This document shows positions 57,243 to 64,000 of a DNA stretch of 64,000 nt, piece by piece. The stretch spans positions 1 through 64,000 of IMG/VR virus record IMGVR_UViG_3300050014_000073; one strand, written 5' to 3'. The notes beneath the pieces are model-generated. The model was not told the DNA's origin. It made no database searches and saw only the letters and a program-made list of their open reading frames with translations. Source of the stretch: a virus. The first letter of the stretch is position 1; each line of letters starts with the position of its first letter. Position numbers and translations under genes: made by a program.

Positions 57243-60200
57243 GCATCGAACTCACAAACGAAACTGGTTTGCTTGGGCAGGTGGCTAGCAATGCAGGCTA
57301 CTCTGATCTCATCGAATCTGCGAAGGGCATCCCGGTTCTTAAGACTTTCTTTCAGCAGGGTGCTACTGAAGATGTTCCTCCTGTTGTTGAAGCTCTCAAG
57401 AAGCTGGACGGTCCGAAAGACGTTCTCGAAACGGCATTCTCTCTGGCGAAGCTGATGGAAGGACAGGAGCTGGTCATCATAACGGATGGAACCTCAGACG
57501 ACGAAGTAGAAAAGGGTGGTCCTGGTTCCGGACCTCATGGACAAGGCGGGAACAAGGTTGTTGCTTGGATTCAGCATCCAGCTTTGGGTGTTCGTTCAAT
57601 AGGGAGATCTGGGAATTCATCAGCAGTACGGATTCCTACTCATGCGGAAGTTCTCGATCAAGCGCGAAAAGATACAGGGACGAATGTTAAGTACGACGCG
57701 CTAAATCGCGGCTATGCAACTGTTCGCGGAGGCTTTGCGAACGTTGTGACTCATACTCAGGATTCGTCTAGGGCTCTCGTTGATCGCCCTATGCTGGATC
57801 ACTCCGCCGTTGAAGAGCATCTGAAGAATACTTACGGAGCGAAGGACGCAATCTGGTTGACTGGGAAAGTCGCTGAGGCAGAGAACGAGGAGATTAACAA
57901 GATGAAGCTCTCGGTCATTCACTTCGGTTCCGATGCAGACCTCCCAGCTTCGGTTCGCAATGCTATTCCTTCGTTCGCTCTGTCAGTCTTCCGCAATGCC
58001 TTCAATGAAGCGACAGGCAGCGGCAAGTCCGAGATGAACGCCTATATCAAGGGATACCGGGCTCTTGAAGACGCGGGCTATGTTTATGATGACGCAGGTA
58101 AATGGTCAGTGAAGAAGGACGGTCCTACTCTTGGAACGGTTCACATCAATCGACCTCTTGGTAGAGTACTCCCGAAAGATCAGAATGATCCTTTTGATGA
58201 GGCAATTGATGACGTTCTGCATCCGAAGAAGAGAATCAAAAAGATTGACCTCTCCCTTCCGTTGTTTGAGCATCTCATGATCGAGTGCGGGGATTTCACC
58301 CTGGGTGGTGACGTCGTGATGAAAGAAGATCAGATCACGGTGGACGTTCCTCTGTTCATTCGGCTTCTCGAACTTGCCCGCGAAGACATCAAGACCGATC
58401 CTCCAATCCACGAGGTCACCGAAAAGATCACTGAGCTGATGGGCGACAAGACCTGCCTTGACATGGACGACTACGAAAAGATCGTATCCGTATTGAAGCG
58501 GAAGAAGAAAGAAAAGGACGATCCAGGAACCGAGGACGTTGACATCCCTGACGACATGTTCGTCGAGAACCCTCCTGCTGCTGGTCAGTCTACTACTTTG
58601 AAGAAACGTATCAGCGGCAACTCTGATATCGCACTCAACACTAAGGGTCAGAAACTGGCCGACGCACTAGGGAAGCAGATTGCTCTTCGGGGCGGTCTCG
58701 ATATTTTGTATTCCAGTCCTCTTCCCCGAGCTGTCGAAACAGCCGACGCAATTATCGAAAATGCCAACACGAGTATCAAACGGGCTTCCCCGCTTCCAGC
58801 TCTTTGCCCTTGGCACCTAGGTGAGTATGAAGGACGGATGCCGGATGCTGTTCATAACCTAATCGACGGCTACATCGCCCATCCTGACGAAGCTCCTCCT
58901 GGAAAGTGTGCCGATGGCTCTCCATCCGAGTCATTCAACTCAGCTAAGAACCGGCAGCTTTCTTGCTTGAAGAAGCTCTATGAAGACTGGGCTGAACAGG
59001 ACCCCACTCTCAAGATTGGTGTCGTGATGCACTCCCGGGGGATGGAACTCTTACAGTCCTGGGTTGACGAAGATTGCCCCGAAGACTTCGACCTGAAAGA
59101 CTCTGATCTGGTTCATCCCGATGATCCCGAACACGCTACTATGCTTCGCTGGCACAAAGACAATATCAAGGACGTGGATTTGGACGATGATGCTCCGCTG
59201 ACTCCTGGAGTATATCTCATTCTTCACAGCTTGACTGATGACGATACTGATGAGGGAAATCCTGAACTGACGAAGAGGCAGGAGAGAGAGGAGGCGATCC
59301 ATTCCGTAGTTAAGAAATACCTCCCGCCTCTTGAGGTCCATCAAGCTGCAAAACGCGCGTACGACGTGGGAATGGCAGTCATTGATATCACAGCTCCTTT
59401 GGCTGAAGGTGAAGGGCTTCCTGTTTCCGAAATTCAGAAGATTGCTGATCACTTCGCTGAGACAACCTCTATTACCGAGCCGCAGACAACTCGTGATGCA
59501 TGGGGCGGGAAATACGCAGCTAAGTGGGCAGCACGCGTCTTCAAGAAAGCTGCTAAGGACTTTCCAGAATGGCAAGGCATCGATTTGGACGGGACGTTAT
59601 GCGAACCAACGGAACCTTATGATTCCACGAAAATCGGAAAGCCTATTGACGCGATGGTTGCACATGTCAAGTCTCTCCTCGCTGAAGGGAAGACGATCAA
59701 AATCTTCACCGCTCGTGTTGCTGACGATCCTGACGGTAAAGTCAAAGCTGCTATCGAAGCGTGGTGCAAAAGTCACCTCGGTCAAGTCCTACCTGTTACG
59801 AACGAGAAAGATCCCGGAATGATGGATCTCATCGATGACCGGAGCCACCGACCAGAAGAGGTTACCAAAGCTGGTGACGGAGTCATGGTTGCTCTATGGC
59901 CTGACCCTGATACCGCCAAACAGATTGCTGTAAAGGACGGTGAGTCTTCTGACGATCTTCATATCACGTTGGCGTACTTCGGTAAGAGTGTTGACGCGGA
60001 TAAACTCCCGTTCTTGGAAGCAGCTCTCAAACACTTCGCTGAAACTCACTCTCCAATCAAGCTTCAGCTAGGTGGCTTGGGACGGTTCCCGGCCACTCCT
60101 TCGTCAGACGGTCAGGACGTTGCCTACCTAGGAGTTCACTCTCCCGAAATCCAGAAGTTCCGTCAAGACCTGGTTGACAGCGTAAAGGGAATGGGAGTTG

Positions 60201-60826
60201 ATCCGAAAGCCAACTTCGGTTACAATCCGCACATGACGTTGAAATTCGTTGCTCCTCATGCGCCGCATCTGCTTCCTACTCCTGACTCGAAGAACTTGAA
60301 GTTCACTGAAATCGTGCTCAGTGTCGGAACGGAAAAGAAAGTCTTTCCTCTGACCGGTCTGAAAAGCGCAGTCACGAAGAATACTGATGAGTTCGAAATC
60401 TCTGGCGACATCATCAAGGTTGACAAAGACCGGCAAATGGTTTGGGGATGGTTTTCAATTGTTAGTGTTAATGGAAAGCCATTCGCTGATTCCCAGGGAG
60501 ACGTAATCACGCCCGAAACAATCGAGGAGAGCGCATACGACTTCGTTCTCAATGCTCGTAAGGGTGGTGAGATGCATGAAGCAAAGAAGGACGGTGATGT
60601 TGAAGGTGTAGGACGCCTTATCGAATCGGTAGTCTTCACGGATGAGAAACAGAAGGTAATGCAAGACAGCCTCCGTGAACAGGGGATTGATGCAGTACTC
60701 GCGCTGGGATGTGTGGCATGGTGGGGCGGAATGCACATAGACGATTCTGACACCTGGGATAAGGTAAAGACTGGGAAGCTTCGTGCCTGGTCAATAGGCG
60801 GGCGTGGAAAAAGAGCTTCTCTGTAA
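57239..60826 (+). CDS. multidomain polyprotein: ChaB-like, permuted histidine phosphatase, HAD phosphatase, 2H phosphoesterase, XkdF-like prohead protease
   Basis: DLPASVR..FRNAFN; YSSPLPRAVET; GIDLDGTL..IFTAR..IDD; LHITL..PHMTL; VWGW..DSQGD..EMH..WSIGG. Confidence 0.85.
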   Translation: MSIELTNETGLLGQVASNAGYSDLIESAKGIPVLKTFFQQGATEDVPPVVEALKKLDGPKDVLETAFSLAKLMEGQELVIITDGTSDDEVEKGGPGSGPHGQGGNKVVAWIQHPALGVRSIGRSGNSSAVRIPTHAEVLDQARKDTGTNVKYDALNRGYATVRGGFANVVTHTQDSSRALVDRPMLDHSAVEEHLKNTYGAKDAIWLTGKVAEAENEEINKMKLSVIHFGSDADLPASVRNAIPSFALSVFRNAFNEATGSGKSEMNAYIKGYRALEDAGYVYDDAGKWSVKKDGPTLGTVHINRPLGRVLPKDQNDPFDEAIDDVLHPKKRIKKIDLSLPLFEHLMIECGDFTLGGDVVMKEDQITVDVPLFIRLLELAREDIKTDPPIHEVTEKITELMGDKTCLDMDDYEKIVSVLKRKKKEKDDPGTEDVDIPDDMFVENPPAAGQSTTLKKRISGNSDIALNTKGQKLADALGKQIALRGGLDILYSSPLPRAVETADAIIENANTSIKRASPLPALCPWHLGEYEGRMPDAVHNLIDGYIAHPDEAPPGKCADGSPSESFNSAKNRQLSCLKKLYEDWAEQDPTLKIGVVMHSRGMELLQSWVDEDCPEDFDLKDSDLVHPDDPEHATMLRWHKDNIKDVDLDDDAPLTPGVYLILHSLTDDDTDEGNPELTKRQEREEAIHSVVKKYLPPLEVHQAAKRAYDVGMAVIDITAPLAEGEGLPVSEIQKIADHFAETTSITEPQTTRDAWGGKYAAKWAARVFKKAAKDFPEWQGIDLDGTLCEPTEPYDSTKIGKPIDAMVAHVKSLLAEGKTIKIFTARVADDPDGKVKAAIEAWCKSHLGQVLPVTNEKDPGMMDLIDDRSHRPEEVTKAGDGVMVALWPDPDTAKQIAVKDGESSDDLHITLAYFGKSVDADKLPFLEAALKHFAETHSPIKLQLGGLGRFPATPSSDGQDVAYLGVHSPEIQKFRQDLVDSVKGMGVDPKANFGYNPHMTLKFVAPHAPHLLPTPDSKNLKFTEIVLSVGTEKKVFPLTGLKSAVTKNTDEFEISGDIIKVDKDRQMVWGWFSIVSVNGKPFADSQGDVITPETIEESAYDFVLNARKGGEMHEAKKDGDVEGVGRLIESVVFTDEKQKVMQDSLREQGIDAVLALGCVAWWGGMHIDDSDTWDKVKTGKLRAWSIGGRGKRASL

Positions 60827-60899
60827 GAAATTTCTGGGATTCGCCCACCAGCCTGCGCCTCACGGGGACGGACAAGGATGGGCCACCCTTAAGATAGAC

Positions 60900-61274
60900 A
60901 TGACTGATTTATCCATCGTACTGACGGCAGCTGGCATGGCGTCAGCCGCGACCGCTTGGGTGTCAATCCAAGTTACCCGCTCCGCTGCCGCTGCACGTAA
61001 AGAAGCATGCCGTGTAGCTAAAGAATTACAGCACTTCAAAGAGCACTTGCCGGTTTACCTGAATGGCACGTATCGCCGCACGCCAGAATGTGAACTCTTG
61101 CACAAGTCTGTTGAGAAACAATTTTCTTCTCTGCCTGCATTACTGGCTGGGTCGGAAGAGTTCCGCCGCCTTATAAGCGTTTCTGTATCAGACGGCATCG
61201 TTTCTGTATCAGACGGCATCTGGGCTTCAAAGGCTAGGCGGCATTCGCATGGGGTGTCAGATGAAACTAAGTAG
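60900..61274 (+). CDS. membrane-anchored hypothetical protein
   Basis: N-terminal TM; 21-bp tandem duplication at 61178-61219. Confidence 0.5.
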   Translation: MTDLSIVLTAAGMASAATAWVSIQVTRSAAAARKEACRVAKELQHFKEHLPVYLNGTYRRTPECELLHKSVEKQFSSLPALLAGSEEFRRLISVSVSDGIVSVSDGIWASKARRHSHGVSDETK

Positions 61275-61830
61275 AGTTTGGATCACCATGCTGTGCGTCT
61301 TGCTTTTGTGGACAGTGGTGTCCTTTGCAGAATCAAAAGTCGAAGTTGACCCCCGCGCCAAGTTGGCTGCTTCCGAATCCGCCCGAGCACAGGCGTTGCA
61401 AGAGAAAGCATCTCTGTCCGCCGCCATAGTGCGGTTAAACAAAAGCCAATCCGTTACAAGGACAGCTTCCCAGGATGCTGGACTTGCCCAAGACACAGCA
61501 GAGAGCACTGCCCTTATTATTCAAAAAGCGGCAGCCGATGCTAGTTCGGCAGCAGTTCTCGCTGAGATTGAGGCAAACCGATTCAATAGCAATGCAATGG
61601 CGCTGATTGGTGTGCAGGCCCTTGTCTTATTGGGAATATTAGGAGGCTTTATAAACAGCGCATACTCATCTTCACGTGATCACAAGTGGGCTATGGATGC
61701 CACTGCCCGGACGGAAAAGCAAGTCCAGGAAACGCACTCTGTTATGAGGGCAGTGGAGAAGAATACAAACTCCATGGTTGAAAAAGATGCAAGCGTCGTC
61801 TTACAGGGAAGGATTTACTGCGGGGTCTAA
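61261..61830 (+). CDS. membrane/coiled-coil protein
   Basis: Signal/TM, coiled coil, second TM; probable frameshift near 61781. Confidence 0.6.
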   Translation: MKLSRVWITMLCVLLLWTVVSFAESKVEVDPRAKLAASESARAQALQEKASLSAAIVRLNKSQSVTRTASQDAGLAQDTAESTALIIQKAAADASSAAVLAEIEANRFNSNAMALIGVQALVLLGILGGFINSAYSSSRDHKWAMDATARTEKQVQETHSVMRAVEKNTNSMVEKDASVVLQGRIYCGV

Positions 61831-61850
61831 AGAGTGAGAGGAGGACAACA

Positions 61851-62117
61851 ATGATTTCTAAACTTACGGCCAAAAAGAAAGCAGCGGCAGTGAAATTGAA
61901 GTTGAAAAAGCTTGTTGCTGTGCAAGAGCACATTCGTTTGGAGCACGAAGCTGTGGTGAAAGACATTGAAGAGGTTGAGGTTGCGCTCCACAACCACGAA
62001 ATCCAACAAGAGGCAGATGAACCGGAACCTGTGATCATAGAAAATGATCCTGTCATACAGGAGAAGCCTGTTGTTCTGGAACGCTCGCGGTGGCAACGAT
62101 TTCTGGATTCGTTTTGA
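61851..62117 (+). CDS. hypothetical protein
   Basis: GGAGGA RBS. Confidence 0.6.
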   Translation: MISKLTAKKKAAAVKLKLKKLVAVQEHIRLEHEAVVKDIEEVEVALHNHEIQQEADEPEPVIIENDPVIQEKPVVLERSRWQRFLDSF

Positions 62118-62148
62118 TAGCGTGAATCCACACTTAAAGGAGTAAACA

Positions 62149-63771
62149 ATGCCTCAGTCACTCAGCGAACTTCGGGTCAACGAGATTTCATTAGTTGACG
62201 CCCCGGCCTGCCGCCAGGTAGTCGATGGGAAGAAGATCCCGAGAGCAACTGTTGCGATCTGGAAACGAGACTCTTCCAACTTTGATGATGTTCTCAAAGC
62301 CGCCAAGGGTGTCAAGTTCCTGATCGGTTCCAAGGATGACGTCTCTAAGGTCCAGTCTGTCGTATTCGACGCCGCTCAGTGGAACGAGACTTCTGCTAAG
62401 AAGTGGCTGACGGACAACATATTCAAAGCAGAGACGATGGACAAGACGGAGAAAACTCTGCGGTTCCGTCAGGAGGACGCAGGACAGTTCACTCGGTTCA
62501 CGGTTGTGGACTCAGGTCAGTTCCAGAAAGCTGAGGCTGAGGAGTGGGACGACAAGGACGAGACTTGCAAGGCAGTCGATGGGAAGACGTATGACGGGAC
62601 GTCTTATCCAAAGAGCGACTTTGCCTACACTCCAACGGACACACCATCCGATTGGAAACTACGACTTACGAAAACTCCAGGTGGCAGGCCCGACGCTGGT
62701 ATTGTTGGCGCGGCGGTAGCTGCTCTGGGAAAAGGATTCCGGGGGAAGAAAGTCATTATTCCGGCCGACGCGCTCCCCGGCGTGAAAGCCAAGGTCAGTG
62801 CCGCATGGCACAAAGCAAACCCGGACCGTAAGGAAGAAGAGCTTCCTCCGATCCTCAAATCCGAACAAGGAGAAAATAACACCATGACTCTAGCCGAATT
62901 GGAGACGAAGGTCACCAAGTTGGATGAGAACGTCGTGTCTCTGACTAGCGAGCGCGATGTTCTGAAAGCCGAGAACGCCTTGGTTCTCAAGATGTCGAAG
63001 AAGGAGCGCAAGCTCTACGCTTCGATGGACGAGGCCAAGCGCAAAGACTACATGACTGCCGACGAACAGAAGCGCAAAGCGCTCCTCGACGGTGCGCAGT
63101 CCCAGAAACGCCAGAAGAAGCTCTGTGACACAATGGATGAAGCCACCAAGGGCGCATTCGAGAAAGCAGGGCCGAAGGAACGCGCTACGATGCTGGCTGA
63201 CGCCGACGCAAAGTGCAAGGCAGCGAAGGCCGGCAAGAAAAAGTCGGGTTCCAAGTCAGTTCCCAAGCCGGGCGATGCTGATTTCGATCCTGACGGTGAC
63301 GATGACAACGACAGTGGTGATGACGAGGCAACCAAGACGCTGACCAAGAAGCTTGCCGCTGCCGAAGACAAGATCGCCAAGAACGATGCTCAGTTGGAAG
63401 TGATGACCAAGCGCGACCGGCTGGTCAGCTTCACCAAGCGGGCTGAATCCGAACTGCCTAACACTCCCGGAACGCCGGAAGAGAAGGGTGACATTCTCAT
63501 GAAGCTGGCAGACAGCTTCGGGGAGAAGTCCGAGACTTTCACGAAGATGCTCTCGCAGTTGAAGAAAGCTGACGAGGCTTTCAAGAGCAGCTTCTCTGAA
63601 ATCGGAAAGACCGGTGGCAACATCCCGGCAGCGGCAGCTTGGATGGCCAAAGTCGCGGAGATTCAGAAGCGCGACAACATCAGTGAGGGGCAGGCTTCGT
63701 TGAAAGCCTATGAAGAGGCTCCCGATCTGGTCATGGACTACGACCGCCAGCGTCCGGCGATGCGGGTCTAA
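62149..63771 (+). CDS. capsid scaffolding protein
   Basis: EISLVDAPA..AIWKRD N-terminus, long charged coiled coil; follows the protease. Confidence 0.75.
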   Translation: MPQSLSELRVNEISLVDAPACRQVVDGKKIPRATVAIWKRDSSNFDDVLKAAKGVKFLIGSKDDVSKVQSVVFDAAQWNETSAKKWLTDNIFKAETMDKTEKTLRFRQEDAGQFTRFTVVDSGQFQKAEAEEWDDKDETCKAVDGKTYDGTSYPKSDFAYTPTDTPSDWKLRLTKTPGGRPDAGIVGAAVAALGKGFRGKKVIIPADALPGVKAKVSAAWHKANPDRKEEELPPILKSEQGENNTMTLAELETKVTKLDENVVSLTSERDVLKAENALVLKMSKKERKLYASMDEAKRKDYMTADEQKRKALLDGAQSQKRQKKLCDTMDEATKGAFEKAGPKERATMLADADAKCKAAKAGKKKSGSKSVPKPGDADFDPDGDDDNDSGDDEATKTLTKKLAAAEDKIAKNDAQLEVMTKRDRLVSFTKRAESELPNTPGTPEEKGDILMKLADSFGEKSETFTKMLSQLKKADEAFKSSFSEIGKTGGNIPAAAAWMAKVAEIQKRDNISEGQASLKAYEEAPDLVMDYDRQRPAMRV

Positions 63772-63835
63772 CTTCGGAGAGCCTTCCGCCAAAGAGGGCT
63801 CGCCAGAACAAATTCACTAACAGGAGAACAACTCA

Positions 63836-64000
63836 ATGGCTTACGATCTCGTACGAACCAAATCGATCGTTTCCGCAATCAACTGCCAGCCGTCGATTCC
63901 GACTCAGGGCTCCCCTTTGCAGTACATCTTCGTTGCCCTGAACTCGTCTGGACAGCTTGTCAAACCGAATCCCTACGGGTATTCCATCGGCGTGTTGCAA
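63836..64000 (+). CDS. head decoration/cement protein (partial)
   Basis: AGGAG RBS; QYIFVALNSSGQL..IGVLQ; follows scaffold. Confidence 0.6.
   Translation, partial: MAYDLVRTKSIVSAINCQPSIPTQGSPLQYIFVALNSSGQLVKPNPYGYSIGVLQ

Noticed and set aside
1-64000. tRNA, rRNA, integrase, cas genes, alternative genetic code
   Set aside because: None recognised by eye; long genes read through normally and end in all three stop codons

Overview
This is 64 kb of a large lytic-type dsDNA tailed phage genome. A PEP-CTERM gene and many signal-peptide proteins suggest a diderm host such as an Acidobacterium (inference only). The left arm (minus strand) starts with an early-type cassette region in which three genes are each preceded by a hairpin plus a twister ribozyme. 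It continues with a self-contained replication/recombination module: RuvC-like resolvase, fused SbcD-SbcC, clamp loader, intein-containing RecA, SSB, split family-A polymerase with a UDG-like domain, sliding clamp, sigma-like factor, 5'-3' exonuclease, primase, C5 methyltransferase and helicase. The right arm (plus strand) holds a thymidine-hypermodification cluster ending in an internally deleted purZ/purA relic, then terminase, a 10 kb block of secreted/membrane proteins with a patatin, portal, MuF, cell-wall hydrolase, a 1195-aa multi-enzyme prohead-protease polyprotein and scaffold. Non-coding signals not in the ORF track are a type I-C CRISPR mini-array, two solitary I-C repeats (no cas genes in the window), a dispersed two-box element with fixed spacing, and a CCGTATAAT promoter-like motif. 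All protein calls come from motif recognition by eye, not database searches. Several homopolymer frameshifts suggest sequencing errors.
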